DNA of 64,000 nucleotides, taken from the NCBI GenBank assembly GCA_026770705.1, contig JANJGN010000021.1:99200001-99264000 (forward strand), read 5' to 3'. Source of the DNA: Isurus oxyrinchus. Its lineage: Eukaryota. Below the pieces are notes generated by a model. The model did no database searches, was not told where the DNA came from, and saw nothing but the letters and a program-made list of their open reading frames with translations. The position numbers and the translations under genes are program-made. Positions 35,401-50,849 of the stretch are shown here, one piece after another. Position 1 is the first letter of the stretch, and the number at the start of each line of letters is the position of its first letter.

Positions 35401-38400
35401 TGACCTCGAGGTCACTCCACTCAGCCCATCGCCCAGCAAGAACCCTCGGTCACTCCACTCAGTCTATCACACAGCACGGACCCCTGGGTCACTCCACTTT
35501 GCCCATCAATGACGCCTGGGTCACTCCACTCAGTCCATCTCCCAGCACTGACCACTGGGTCGCTCCACTCAGTTCATCTCTCAGCACTGACCCCTGGGTC
35601 ACTCCACTCACTCCATCTCCCAGCAGTGACCACTGGGTCACTCCACTCAGTCCATCACCCAGCAATGATGCCTGGGTCACTCCACTCAGTCCATCTCCCA
35701 GCACTGACCACTGGGTCGCTCCACTCAGTCCATCTCTCAGCACTGACCCCTGGGTCACTCCACTCAGTCCATCTCCCAGCACTGACCCCTGGGTCACTCC
35801 ACTCAGCGCATCTCACAGCACTGACCCCTGGGTCACTCCACTCAGTCCTGCTCTCAGCTCTGACCCCTGGGTCACTCCACTCAGCCCATCGCCCAGCACT
35901 AACCCCTGGATTACTCCACTCAGCCGAACTCGCAGCACTGAACCCTTGGTCACTCTACTCAGTCCATCACACAGCACGGACCCCTGGGTCACTTCACTCT
36001 GCCCATCACCCAGCAATGACGCCTGGGTCACTTCACTCAGTCCATCTCCCAGCACTGATCCCTGGGTCGCTCCATCCAGCCGAACTCCCAACATCTGAAC
36101 CCAGCGTGAACCTCTCAGTCCATCTACCAACACTGACCTCGAGGTCACTCCACTCAGCCCATCGCCCAGCAAGAACCCTCGGTCACTCCACTCAGTCTAT
36201 CACACGGCACGGACCCCTGGGTCACTGCACTCTGCCCATCAATGACGCCTGGGTCACTCCACTCAGTCCATCTCCCAGCACTGACCACTGGCTCGCTCCA
36301 CTCAGTCCATCTGTCAGCACTAACCCCTGTGTCTCTCCACTCAGTCCATCTCCCAGCACTGACCCCTGGGTCACTCCACTCAGCGCATCTCACAGCACTG
36401 ACCCCTGGGTCACTCCACTCAGTCCATCTACCAGCTCTGACCCCTGGGACACTCCACTCAGTCCATCTCCCAGCACTAACCTCTGGGTCACTCTGCTCAG
36501 CGCATCTCACAGCACTGACCCCTGGGAACACTGCGCTCAGTCCATCTGCCAGCACTGACACCTGGGTCACTCCACGCAGTCCGTCTCCCAGCACTGACCC
36601 CTGAGTCACTCCACTAAGTCGATTTCCCAGCACTGACCCTTGGATTACTGCACTCATTCCATCTCCCAGCACTGTCCCTGGGTCACTCTGCTCAGTCTGT
36701 CGCTCAGGACTGACCTCCGGGTCACTCCACTCAAAGCACGTCCCAGCACTGACCTCTGGGTCACTGCGTTCAGTCCATCTCTCAGCACTGACCCCTGTGT
36801 AACGCCACTCAGTCCATTTCCCAGCACTGACGACTGGGTCACTCCACTCAGCCCATCTCCTGCAATGACCCCTTGGCTACTCCACTCAGCCCATCTCCCG
36901 CTACTGACCTCTGTGTCGCTCCACTCCGTCAATCTAACAGCATTGACCCCTAGGTTACTCCACTCAGTCCAGCACCCATTACTGACCCCTGGGTCACAGC
37001 GCTCAGTCCATCTCTCAGCATTAACCCTGGGTGACTCCACTCAGTCCATCTCTCAGAACTGACCCCTGGAATAACCCGCCCAGTCCACCTCTCAGCAGTG
37101 AGCCCTGGGTCACTCACCTCCAGTACTGACCCCTGGGTCACTCCACTCAGTGCATCTTGCAGAACTGACCACTGGGTCACTCTGCTCAGTCCATCTCTCA
37201 GCACTGACTTGTGTATCACTCTGCTCAGTCCATCTCCCAACACTGACCCCTAGGTGACTCCGCTCAGTCCATCTCCCAGCACTGACCACTGGGTCACTCC
37301 GCTCAGTCCATCTCCCAGCACTGACCACTGGGTCACTGCGCTCAGTCCATCTCCCAGCACTGACCACTGGGTCACTGCGCTCAGCCCATCTCCCAGCACT
37401 GACCCCTGGGTCACTGCGCTCAGTCCATCTCCCAGCACTGACCACTGGGTCAATCCACTCAGCCCATCTCCCTGCACAGACCGCTGGGTCACTGTGCTCA
37501 GCCCATCTCCCAACACTGACCCCTGTGTCGCTCCATTCAGCCCAACTCCAAACATCTGATCCCAGCGTGAACCTCTCAGTCCATCTGCGTTCAGTCCATC
37601 TCTCAGCACTGACCCCTGAGTCGCTTCACTCAGCCCATCTCCCAACACTGAAACCTGGGACACTCCACTCAGTCCATCACCCAGCACTGACCCCTGGGTA
37701 ATTCCACTCAGTCCATTTCTCAGCACTGACCCCTGGGTCACTCCACTCAGTCCATCTCCCAGCACAGACCCCTGCCACTCTTCAATCAGTCTGTCTGCCA
37801 CTGCTGACACATGGGTCACTCCACTCAGTCCATCTCCCAGCACAGACTCTTGGGTCACTCCGCTCAGTCCATCTCCCAACATTGACCTGTGGGTCACTCT
37901 ATTCAGTCCATCTCCCAGCACTGACCACTGGGTCATTCCGCTCAGTCCATCTCCCAGCACTGACCACTGGGTCACTGCGCTTAGCCCATCTCCCAGCACT
38001 GACTCCTGGGTCACTGCACTCAGTCCATCTCCCAGCACTGACCACTGGGTCAATCCACTCAGCCCATCTCCCAGCACAGACCGCTGGGTCACTCCGCTCA
38101 GCCCATCTCCCAGCACTGACCACTGGGTGAATCCACTCAGCCCATCTCCCAGCACAGACCCCTGGGTCACTGCGCTCAGTCCATCTCCCAGCACTGACCA
38201 CTGGATCAATCCACTCAGCCCAATTCCCAGCACAGACCGTTGGGTCACTGTGCTCAGTCCATCTCCCAGCACTGACTCCTGGGTCGCTCCATTCAGCCCA
38301 ACTGCCAACATCTGATCCCAGCGTGAACCTCTCAGTCTATCTCCCAACACTAACCTCCAGGTCACTCCTCTCAGTCCATTTCCAAGCACTAACCCCGGGA

Positions 38401-38520
38401 CACTCCGCTCAGTCCATCTCTCAGCACTGACCCGTGGTTCACTCCACTCAGCCCATCACCCAGCAATGACGCCTGGGTCACTCCACTCAGTCAATCTCCC
38501 AGCACTGACCCCTGGGTCAC
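29500..38520. repeat. 4587-bp tandem higher-order duplication within the satellite
   Basis: Near-identical ORFs at a constant offset of 4587 (29707/34294, 30235/34822, 30922/35509, 32663/37250, 33540/38127). Boundaries are approximate. Confidence 0.93.
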
Positions 38521-41500
38521 TCCACTCAGCGCAAATCCCATCATTTGAAATCAGGTGAACATCTCAGTCCATCTCTCAGCACTGACCCCTGGGTCACTCC
38601 ACTCAGTCCATCTCCCAGCACTGATCACTGGGTCACAGCACTCAGTCCATCTCCCAGCGCTGAACCCTGGATCACTCCACTCAGTCCATTTCTCAGCACT
38701 GACCCCTGGGTCACTCCTCTCATTCCAGTTCCCAGCGCTGAACCCTGGATCACTCCACTCAGTCCATTTCCCAGCACTGACGCCTGGGTCACTCCACTCA
38801 GCACATCGCCCAGCACTGACCACTGGGTCACTCCACTCAGTCTATCTCTAAGCGGTGACCCCTGGGTCACTCCTCTCAATCCATTTCCCAGCACTGACAC
38901 CTGGGTCACTCCACGCAGTCCATCTCCCAGCACTGACCGCTGGGTCGCTCCATCCAGCCGAACTCCCAACATCTGATCCCAGCATGAACCTCTCAGTCCA
39001 TCTCCCAACACTGACCTCTAGATCACTCCACTCAGTCCATCTGCCAGCACTGATGCCTGGGTTACTCCATTCAGCTCATCTACCAGCACTGACCCTTGGG
39101 TCACTCCGCTCAGTCCATTTCTCAGCACTGACCCCTGGGTCACTCCACTCAGTCCATCTCCCAGCATTGACCCCTGGTTCGCTCCATTCAGCCCAGCACC
39201 CAACATCTGACCCCAGCGTGAACCTCTCAGTCCATCTCCCAGCACTGACCTCTAGGTCACTCCAATCAGTCCATCACCCGGCACTAACCCCAGGGCCACT
39301 CCGGTCTCTCCATCTCTTAGCACTGACCCCTGGGCCACTCCACTCAGTCCATTTCTCAGCACTGACGCCTGGGTCACTCCACTCAGCACATCGCCCAGCA
39401 CTGACCACTGGGTCACTCCACTCAGTCTATCTCTAAGCGGTGACCCCTGGGTCACTCCTCTCAATCCATTTCCCAGCACTGACACCTGGGTCACTCCACG
39501 CAGTCCATCTCCCAGCACTGACCGCTGGGTCGCTCCATCCAGCCGAACTCCCAACATCTGATCCCAGCGTGAACCTCTCAGTCCATTTCCTAACACTGAC
39601 CTCTAGGTCACTCCACTCAATCCATCCCACAGCACTAACCCCTGGGTCACTCCACTCAGTCCATCTCTCTGCACTGACCACAGGTTCATTCCACTCAGTC
39701 CATCTCCCAGCACTGACCCCTGGGGCACTCCACTCAGCCCATTGCCCAGCCTTAACCCCTGGGACACTCCTCTCAGCACATTGCCCAGCATTAACCCCTG
39801 GGTCACTCCATTCAGCCCATCTCCCAGCACTGAACCCATGGTCACTCAATTCAGCCAATCTCCCAGCACTGACCGCTGGGTCACTCCACTCAGCCCATCT
39901 CCCAGCACAGAACCCATGGTCACTCAATTCAGCCAATCTCCCAGCACTGACCCCTGGCTCATGCCACTCAGGCCATTTCCCAGCACTGATGCGTGGGTCA
40001 TTCCACTCAGTCCATTTCCCAGCACTGACCTCTGGGTCACTCCATTCAGCCCAACACCCAATATCTGATCCCAGCGTGAACCTCTCAGTCCATCTCCCAG
40101 CACTGATCACTGGGTCACTCCACTCAGTCCATCTGCCAGCACTGATGCCTGGGTTACTCCATTCAGCTCATCTACCAGCACTGACCCTTGGGTCACTCCG
40201 CTCAGTCCATTTCTCAGCACTGACGCCTGGGACACTCCATTCAGCCCATCTCCCAACATCTGAGCCAGCGTGAAGCTCTCAGTCCATCTCCCAGCACTGA
40301 CCTCTAGGTCAGTCCACTCAGTCCATCTCCCAGGACTGACCCCTGGGTCTCTCCACTCAGTCCATCTCCCAGCACTGACCTCGGGTCACTCCACTCAGTC
40401 CATTTCCAAACACTGACCCCTGGGACACTCCACTCTGTCCATTTCTCAGCACTGACGCCTAGGTTGGTCCATTCAGCCCATCTCCCAACATCTGACCCCA
40501 GTGTGAATCTCTCAGTCCATCGCCCAGCACTGAACTCTAGGTCACTCCACTCAGTCCATCGCACAGCTCTAACCCCAGGGACACTCCACTCAGTCCATCT
40601 CTCAGCACTGACCCCTGGGTCACTCCGCTCAGTCCATCGCCCAGCACTGACCCTGGGTCAGTCCGCTCATTCCATTTCTCAGCACTGACCCCTGGGTAAC
40701 TCTGCTCAGTCCATTTCTCAGCACTGACACCTGGGTCTCTCCACTCATTCCATCTCCCAGCACTGACCCCTGGGTCACTCCGCTCAGTCCATCGCCCAGC
40801 ACTAACCCCTGGGTCACTCCGCTCATTCCATTTCTCAGCACTCACCCCTGGGTCACTCCACTCAGTCCATTTCCCAGCATGGATGCCTGGGTTGCTCCAT
40901 TCAGCTCAACTCCCAACATCTGACCCCAGCGTGAACCTCTCAGCCCATCTCCCAGCACTGTCCCCTGGGTCAGTCCACTCAGCCCATCTCCCAGCACTGA
41001 CCCCATGGTTACTCCATTCAGACAATCTCCCAGCACTGACCCCTGGGTCACTCCATTCAGCCAATCACCCAGCAAGTATGCTTGGGTCACTCCATTCAGC
41101 CCATCTCCCAGCACTGGTGACTGGCTCACGCCACTCAGTCCATCTCCCAGCACTGACCTCTGGGTTGCTCCACTCAGCCCAACACCCAACACCTGACACC
41201 AGGGTGAACATCTCAGTCCATCTCTCAGCACTGAGCCCTGGGTTATTCCACTCAGCCCATCTCCCAGCACTGATGACTGGCTCACGCCACTCAGTCCATC
41301 TCCCAGCACTGACCTCTGGGTCGCTCCACTCAGCCCAACACCCAACACCTGACCCCAGGGTGAACATCTCAGTCCATCACACAGCAATGACCCCTGGGTC
41401 ACTTCACTCAGCCCATCACCCAGCACTCACCCCTGGGTCACTCTGCTCATTGCTCTCCCAGCACTGACTCCTGGTTCGCTCCACTCAGTACATCTCCCAG

Positions 41501-44500
41501 CACTGAACCCGGTCTCAAGTGACTCAGTCCATGTCTCAGCACTGACCCCTGGATTACTCCGCTCAGACCATTTCTTAGCACTGACCTCTGGGTCACTCCG
41601 CTCAGACCATTGCTCAGCACTGACCCCTGGGTAACTGCACTCAGCCCATCTCCCAGCACTGACCCCTGGATCACTCTGCACAGTCCATTTCTCAGCACTG
41701 ACCCCTGGGTCACTCCACTCTGACCATTCCCAAGCACTGTCGCCTGGGTCGCTCGATTCAGCCCAACTCCCAACATCTGACCCCAGGGTGAACATCTCAG
41801 TCCATCTCTCAACATTAACCCTCGGTGACTGCGCTCAGTCCATGTCTCAGCACTGACCACTGGGTCACTCCACTCAGTCCAATTCCCCGCACTGACGCCT
41901 GGGTCACTCCACTCAGCCCATCGCCCAACACTGACCCCTGGGTCAATCCACTCAGTCCATCTCCCAGCACTGACCCCTGGGTCACTCCACTCATTCCATT
42001 TCCCAGCACTGATGCCTGGGTCACTCCACTCAGTCCATTTCCCAGCACTGACCCCTGGGTCGTTCCATTCAGCCCAACTCCCAACATCTGATCCCAGCGT
42101 GAACTTCTCAGTCCACATCCCAACACTGACCTCTAGGTCACTGCACTCAGTCCATCGCCCAGCACTAAGCCCTGAGTCACTCCGCTCAGTCCATCTCCCA
42201 GCACTGACCGCTGGGTCATTCCACTCAGCCCATCGCCCAGCATTAACCCCTGGGTCATTCCACTCAGACCATTGCCCTACACTGGCACCTGGATCACTCC
42301 ACTCAGCCCATCTCCCAGCAATGACCTCATGGTCACTCCATTCAGCTAATCTCCCAGCAATGACCCATTGGTCACTTCACTCCATCCATCACACAGCAAT
42401 GATCCCTGGGTCACTCTACTCATCGCTCTCCCAGCACTGACTCCTGGTTCGCTCCATTCAGTCCATCTCCCAGCACTGACCCCTGGCTCACGTGACTCAG
42501 TCCATCTCCCAGCACTGACCCCTGAGTAACTCGGCTAAGTCCATTTCTCAGCACTGACCCCTGGGTAACTCCACTCAGTCCATCTCCAAGCATTGACCCC
42601 TGGGTCACTCCACTCAGTTCATTACCAAGCACTGACCCCTGGGTCGCTGCATTCAGCCCAACTCCCAAATACTGACCCCAGCGTGAACCTCTCAGTCCAT
42701 CTCCCAACGCTGACCTCGAGGTCACTCCACTCTGTCCATTTCCCAGCACTGACCCCTGGTTCACTCCACTCAGCCAACTGCCAACATCTGACGCCAGTGT
42801 GAACATCTCAGTCCATCTCTCAGCACTGACCCCTGGGTCACTCCACTCAGTCCATCTCCCAGCATTGACCCCTGGCTCACATGACTCAGTCCATCTCCCA
42901 GCACTGACCCCTGGGTCACTCGGCTCAGTCCATTTCTCAGCACTGACCCCTGGGTAACTCCACTCAGTCCATCTCCAAACACTGACCTCTGGGTCACTCC
43001 ACTCAGTCTATTTCCAAGCACTGACCCCTGTGTCACTCCACTCAGTCCATCTCCCAGCTCTGACCCCTGGGTCGCTCAATTCAGCCCAATTCCCAATATC
43101 TGACCCCAGCGTGAAACTCTCAGTCCATCTCCCAACACCAACCTCTAGTCACTCCACTCAGTCCATCTCTCAGCACTGATCTCTGACTGACTCCACTGAG
43201 TCCATCTCTCAGCCCTGACGCCTGGGTCACTCCACTCAGTCCATCTCCCAGCACTGACCCCTGGGTCACTGCGCTCAGTCCATCTCTCATCATTAACCCT
43301 CGGTGACACCGCTCAGTCCATGTTTCAGCACTGACCCCTGGGTCACTCCACTCAGTCCATTTCCCAGCACTGACGCCTGTGTCACTCCACTCAGCCCATC
43401 GCCCAGCACTGACGCCTGGGTCACTCCACTCAGTCCATCTCCCAGCACTGACGGCTGGGACAATCCACTCAGTCTAACTCCCAGCACTGACCCCTGGGTC
43501 ATTCCATTCAGCCCAACTCCCAACATCTGATCCCAGCGTGAACCTCTCAGTCCACATCCCAACACAGACCTCTAGGTCACTCCACTCAGTCCATCGCCCA
43601 GCACTAAGCCCTGGGTCACTCGACTCAGCCCATCTCTCAGCACTGACCCCAGGGTCACTCCACTCAGCCCATCATCCAGCACTAACCCCTGGGTCACTCC
43701 ACTCAGCCCATCTCCCAGCACTTACCTCATGGTCACTCCATTCAGCTAATCTCCCAGCAATGACAACTCAGTCACTGCACTTCATCCATCACACAGCACT
43801 GACCCCTGGGTCACTCCACTCTGCCCATCACCCAGCAATGACGCCTGGGTCACTCCACTCAGTCCATCTCCCAGCACTGACCACTGGGTCGCTCCACTCA
43901 ATCCATCTCCCAGCACTGATCCCTGGGTCGCTCCATCCAGCCGAACTCCCAACATCTCATCCCAGCGTGAACCTCTCAGTCCATCTCCCAACACTGACCT
44001 CTAGGTCACTCCACTCAGTCCATCCCACAGCACTAACTCCTGGGTCACTCCACTCAATCCATCTCTCAGCACTGACCACTGGGTCACTTCACTCAGTCCA
44101 TCTACCAACACTGACCTCGAGGTCACTCCACTCAGTCCATCTCCCAGCACTGACCCCTGGGTCACTGCGCTGAGTCCATCTCTCAACATTAACCCACTGT
44201 ATCTCCGCAGTAGTCCATGTCTCAGCACTGACCGCTGGGTCACTCTACTCAGCCCATCGCTCAGCACTGACCCCTGGGTCACTCCACTCAGTCCATGTCT
44301 CAGCACTGACCCCTGGGTCACTCCACTCAGCGCATCTCACAGCACTGACCCCTGGCTCACGTGACTCAGTCCATCTCCCAGCACTGACGACTCAGTCCAT
44401 CTCCCAGCACTGACCGCTGGGTCACTTGGCTCAGTCCATTTCTCAGCACTGACCCCTGGGTAACTCCACTCAGTCCATCTCCAAGCACTGACCCCTGGGT

Positions 44501-47500
44501 CACTCCACTCAGTCCATTTCCAAGCACTGACCCCTGGGTCGCTGCATTCAGCCCAACTCCCAACATCTTATCCCAGCGTGAAGCTCTCAGTCCATCTCCC
44601 AACACTAACCTCCAGATCATTCCACTCAGTCGATCTCCCAGCACTGTCCCCTGGCTCACGCCACTCAGTTCATCTCCCAGCACTGACCCCTGGGTCACTC
44701 CACTCACTCAATTTCCTAGCGCTGACCCCTGGGTCACTCCACTCAGCCCATCGCCCAGCACTAACCCCTGGGTCACTCCATTCAGTCCATCTCCCAGCAC
44801 TGACCCCTGGGTCACTTCACTCAGTTCATCTACCAACACTGACCTCGAGGTCACTCCACTCAGTCCATCTCCCAGCACTGACCCCTGGGTCACTCCACTC
44901 AGTCCATTTCCCAGCACTGACACCTGGGTCACTCCACTCAGTCCATTTCCCAGCACTGACCCCTGGGTCGCTGCATTCAGCCCAACTCCCAACATCTGAT
45001 CCCAGCGTGAACCTCTCAGTCCATCTCCCAGCACTGACCCCTGGGTCACTCCACTCAGTCCATCTCCCAGCACTGACCCCTGGGTCACTCCACTCAGTCC
45101 ATCTCCCAGCACTGACCCCTGGGTCACTCCACTCAGTCCATCTCCCAGCACTGATCCCTGGGTCGCTCCATCCAGCCGAACTCCCAACATCTCATCCCAG
45201 CGTGAACCACTCAGTCCATCTCCCAACACTGACGTCTAGGTCACTCCACTCAGTCCATCCCACAGCACTGACCACTGGGTCACTTCACTCAGTCCATCTA
45301 CCAACACTGACCTCGAGGTCACTCCACTCAGTCCATCTCCAAGCACTGACCCCTGGGTCACTGCGCTGAGTCCATCTCTCAACATTAACCCACTGTGTCT
45401 CCTCACGAGTCCATGTCTCAGCACTGACCGCTGGGTCACTCTACTCAGCCCATCACCCAGCACTGACCCCTGGGTCCCTCTGCTTAGTCCAGCTCTCAGC
45501 ATTGACCCCTGGGTCACTCCACTCAGTCCATGTCTCAGCACTGACCCCTGGGTCACTCCACTCAGTCCATCTCCCAGCACTGACCACTGGGTCGCTCCAC
45601 TCAGTCCATCTCTCAGCACTGACCCCTGGGTCACTCCACTCACTCCATCTCCCAGCACTGACCACTGGGTCACTCCACTCAGTCCATCACCCAGCAATGA
45701 TGCCTGGGTCACTCCACTCAGTCCATCTCCCAGCACTGACCACTGGGTCGCTCCACTCAGTCCATCTCTCAGCACTGACCCCTGGGTCACTCCACTCAGT
45801 CCATCTCCCAACACTGACCCCTGGATCACTCCACTCAGCGCACCTCACAGCACTGACCCCTGGGTCACTCCACTCAGTCCTGCACTCAGCTCTGACCCCT
45901 GGGTCACTCCACTCAGCCCATCGCCCAGCACTAACCCCTGGATTACTCCACTCAGCCGAACTCGCAGCACTGAACCCTCGGTCACTCTACTCAGTCCATC
46001 ACACAGCACGGACCCCTGGGTCACTTCACTCTGCCCATCACCCAGCAATGACGCCTGGGTCACTTCACTCAGTCCATCTCCCAGCACTGATCCCTGGGTC
46101 GCTCCATCCAGCCGAACTCCCAACATCTGAACCCAGCGTGAACCTCTCAGTCCATCTACCAACACTGACCTCGAGGTCACTCCACTCAGCCCATCGCCCA
46201 GCAAGAACCCTCGGTCACTCCACTCAGTCTATCACACGGCACGGACCCCTGGGTCACTGCACTCTGCCCATCAATGACGCCTGGGTCACTCCACTCAGTC
46301 CATCTCCCAGCACTGACCACTGGGTCGCTCCACTCAGTCCATCTGTCAGCACTAACCCCTGTGTCTCTCCACTCAGTCCATCTCCCAGCACTGACCCCTG
46401 GGTCACTCCACTCAGCGCATCTCACAGCACTGACCCCTGGGTCACTCCACTCAGTCCATCTACCAGCTTTGACCCCTGGGACACTCCACTCAGTCCATCT
46501 CCCAGCACTAACCTCTGGGTCACTCTGCTCAGCGCATCTCACAGCACTGACCCCTGGGAACACTGCGCTCAGTCCATCTGCCAGCACTGACACCTGGGTC
46601 ACTCCACGCAGTCCGTCTCCCAGCACTGACCCCTGAGTCACTCCACTAAGTCGATTTCCCAGCACTGACCCTTGGATTACTGCACTCATTCCATCTCCCA
46701 GCACTGTCCCTGGGTCACTCTGCTCAGTCTGTCGCTCAGGACTGACCTCCGGGTCACTCCACTCAAAGCACGTCCCAGCACTGACCTCTGGGTCACTGCG
46801 TTCAGTCCATCTCTCAGCACTGACCCCTGTGTAACGCCACTCAGTCCATTTCCCAGCACTGACGACTGGGTCACTCCACTCAGCCCATCTCCTGCAATGA
46901 CCCCTTGGCTACTCCACTCAGCCCATCTCCCGCTACTGACCTCTGTGTCGCTCCACTCAGTCAATCTAACAGCATTGACCCCTAGGTTACTCCACTCAGT
47001 CCAGCACCCATTACTGACCCCTGGGTCACAGCGCTCAGTCCATCTCTCAGCATTAACCCTGGGTGACTCCACTCAGTCCATCTCTCAGAACTGACCCCTG
47101 GAATAACCCGCCCAGTCCACCTCTCAGCAGTGAGCCCTGGGTCACTCACCTCCAGTACTGACCCCTGGGTCACTCCACTCAGTGCATCTTGCAGAACTGA
47201 CCACTGGGTCACTCTGCTCAGTCCATCTCTCAGCACTGACTTGTGTATCACTCTGCTCAGTCCATCTCCCAACACTGACCCCTAGGTGACTCCGCTCAGT
47301 CCATCTCCCAGCACTGACCACTGGGTCACTCCGCTCAGTCCATCTCCCAGCACTGACCACTGGGTCACTGCACTCAGTCCATCTCCCAGCACTGACCACT
47401 GGGTCACTGAGCTCAGCCCATCTCCCAGCACTGACCCCTGGGTCACTGCGCTCAGTCCATCTCCCAGCACTGACCACTGGGTCAATCCACTCAGCCCATC

Positions 47501-50500
47501 TCCCTGCACAGACCGCTGGGTCACTGTGCTCAGCCCATCTCCCAACACTGACCCCTGTGTCGCTCCATTCAGCCCAACTCCAAACATCTGATCCCAGCGT
47601 GAACCTCTCAGTCCATCTCCCAACACTAACCTCCAGGTCACTCCACTCAGTCCATTTCCCAGCACTGACGCCTGGGTCACTCCACTCAGTCCATCTCCCA
47701 GCACTGACGCCTGGGTCACTCCACTCAGTCCATCTCCGAGCACTGACCCCTGAGTCACTTCACTCAGCCCATCTCCCAACACTGAAACCTGGGACACTCC
47801 ACTCAGTCCATCACCCAGCACTGACCCCTGGGTAATTCCACTCAGTCCATTTCTCAGCACTGACCCCTGGGTCACTCCACTCAGTCCATCTCCCAGCACA
47901 GACCCCTGCCACTCTTCAATCAGTCCGTCTGCCACTGCTGACCCATGGGTCACTCCACTCAGTCCATCTCCCAGCACAGACTCTTGGGTCACTCCGCTCA
48001 GTCCATCTCCCAACATTGACCTGTGGGTCACTTTTATTCAGTCCATCTCCCAGCACTGACCACTGGGTCATTCCGCTCAGTCCATCTCCCAGCACTGACC
48101 ACTGGGTCACTGCGCTTAGCCCATCTCCCAGCACTGACTCCTGGGTCACTGCACTCAGTCCATCTCCCAGCACTGACCACTGGGTCAATCCACTCAGCCC
48201 ATCTCCCAGCACAGACCGCTGGGTCACTCCGCTCAGCCCATCTCCCAGCACTGACCACTGGGTGAATCCACTCAGCCCATCTCCCAGCACAGACCACTGG
48301 GTCACTGCGCTCAGTCCATCTCCCAGCACTGACCACTGGATCAATTCACTCAGCCCATCTCCCAGCACAGACCGTTGGGTCACTGTGCTCAGTCCATCTC
48401 CCAGCACTGACTCCTGGGTCGCTGCATTCAGCCCAACTGCCAACATCTGATCCCAGCGTGAACCACTCAGTCTATCTCCCAACACTAACCTCCAGGTCAC
48501 TCCTCTCAGTCCATTTCCAAGCACTAACCCCGGGACACTCCGCTCAGTCCATCTCTCAGCACTGACCCGTGGTTCACTCCACTCAGCCCATCACCCAGCA
48601 ATGACGCCTGGGTCACTCCACTCAGTCAATCTCCCAGCACTGACCCCTGGGTCACTCCACTCAGCCCAAATCCCAACATTTGATCCCAGGTGAACATCTC
48701 AGTCCATCTCTCAGCACTGACCCCTGGGTCACTCCACTCAGTCCATCTCCCAGCACTGATCACTGGGTCGCAGCACTCAGTCCATCTCCCAGCGCTGAAC
48801 CCTGGATCACTCCACTCAGTCCATGTCTCAGCAATGACCCCTTGGTCACTCCACTCATTCCATGTCCCAGCGCTGAACCCTGGATCACTCCACTCAGTCC
48901 ATTTTCCAGCACTGACGCCTGGGTCACTCCACTCAGCCCATCGCCCAGCACTGACCACTGGGTCACTCCACTCAGTCTATCTCTAAGCGGTGACCCCTGG
49001 GTCACTCCTCTCAGTCCATTTCCCAGCGCTGACACCTGGGTCACTCCACGCAGTCCATCTCCCAGCACTGACCGCTGGGTCGCTCCATCCAGCCGAACTC
49101 CCAACATCTGATCCCAGCATGAACCTCTCAGTCCACCTCCCAACACTGACCTCTAGATCACTCCACTCAGTCCATCTGCCAGCACTGATGCCTGGGTTAC
49201 TCCATTCAGCTCATCTACCAGCACTGACCCTTGGGTCACTCCGCTCAGTCCATTTCTCAGCACTGACCCCTGGGTCACTCCACACAGTCCATCTCCCAGC
49301 ATTGACCCCTGGTTCGCTCCATTCAGCCCAGCACCCAACATCTGACCCCAGCGTGAACCTCTCAGTCCATCTCCCAGCACTGACCTCTAGGTCACTCCAA
49401 TCAGTCCATCACCCGGCACTAACCCCAGGGCCACTCCGGTCTCTCCATCTCTTAGCACTGACCCCTGGGCCACTCCACTCAGTCCATTTCTCAGCACTGA
49501 CGCCTGGGTCACTCCACTCAGACCATCGCACCGTTCTAACCCCTTGGTCACTCTGCTCATTCCATCTCCCAACGCTGACCCCTGGGTCACTCCACTCAGT
49601 CCATTTCCCAGCACTGACACCACAGGGTCATTCTACTCAGACCACCTCCCTGCACTGACCGCTGGGTCGCTCCATCCAGCTGAACTCCCAACATCTGATC
49701 CCAGCGTGAACCTCTCAGTCCATTTCCCAACACTGACCTCTAGGTCACTCCACTCAATCCATCCCACAGCACTAACCCCTGGATCACTCCACTCAGTCCA
49801 TCTCTCTGCACTGACCACAGGATCATTCCACTCAGTCCATCTCCCAGCACTGACCCCTGGGGCACTCCACTCAGTCCATCTCCACGCGCTGTCCCTGGGT
49901 CACTCTGCTCATTCTGTCTCTCAGGACTAACCGATGTGTCACTCCACTCAGCCCATTGCCCAGCCTTAACCCCTGGGACACTCCTCTCAGCACATTGCCC
50001 AGCATTAACCCCTGGGTCACTCCATTCAGCCCATCTCCCAGCACTGAACCCATGGTCACTCAATTCAGCCAATCACCCAGCACTGACCGCTGGGTCACTC
50101 CACTCAGCCCATCTCCCAGCACAGAACCCATGGTCACTCAATTCAGCCAATCTCCCAGCACTGACCGCTGGCTCATGCCACTCAGGCCATTTCCCAGCAC
50201 TGATGCGTGGGTCACTCCACTCAGTCCATTTCCCAGCACTGACCCCTGGGTCACTCCATTCAGCCCAACACCCAATATCTGATCCCAGCGTGAACCTCTC
50301 AGTCCATCTCCCAAAACTGACCTCTGGGTCACTCCACTCAGCCCATCTCCCAGCACTGACCCCTGGTTCATGTGACTCAATCTATCTCCCAGCACTGATC
50401 ACTGGGTCACTCCACTCAGTCCATCTGCCAGCACTGATGCCTGGGTTACTCCATTCAGCTCATCTACCAGCACTGACCCTTGGGTCACTCCGCTCAGTCC

Positions 50501-50849
50501 ATTTCTCAGCACTGACCCCTGGGACACTCCACTCAGTCCATTTCTCAACACTGACGCCTGGGACACTCCATTCAGCCCATCTCCCAACATCTGAGCCAGC
50601 GTGAAGCTCTCAGTCCATCTCCCAGCACTGACCTCTAGGTCAGTCCACTCAGTCCATCTCCCAGGACTGACCCCTGGGTCTCTCCACTCAGTCCATCTCC
50701 CAGCACTGACCTCGGGTCACTCCACTCAGTCCATTTCCAAACACTGACCCCTGGGACACTCCACTCTGTCCATTTCTCAGCACTGACGCCTAGGTTGGTC
50801 CATTCAGCCCATCTCCCAACATCTGACCCCAGTGTGAATCTCTCAGTCC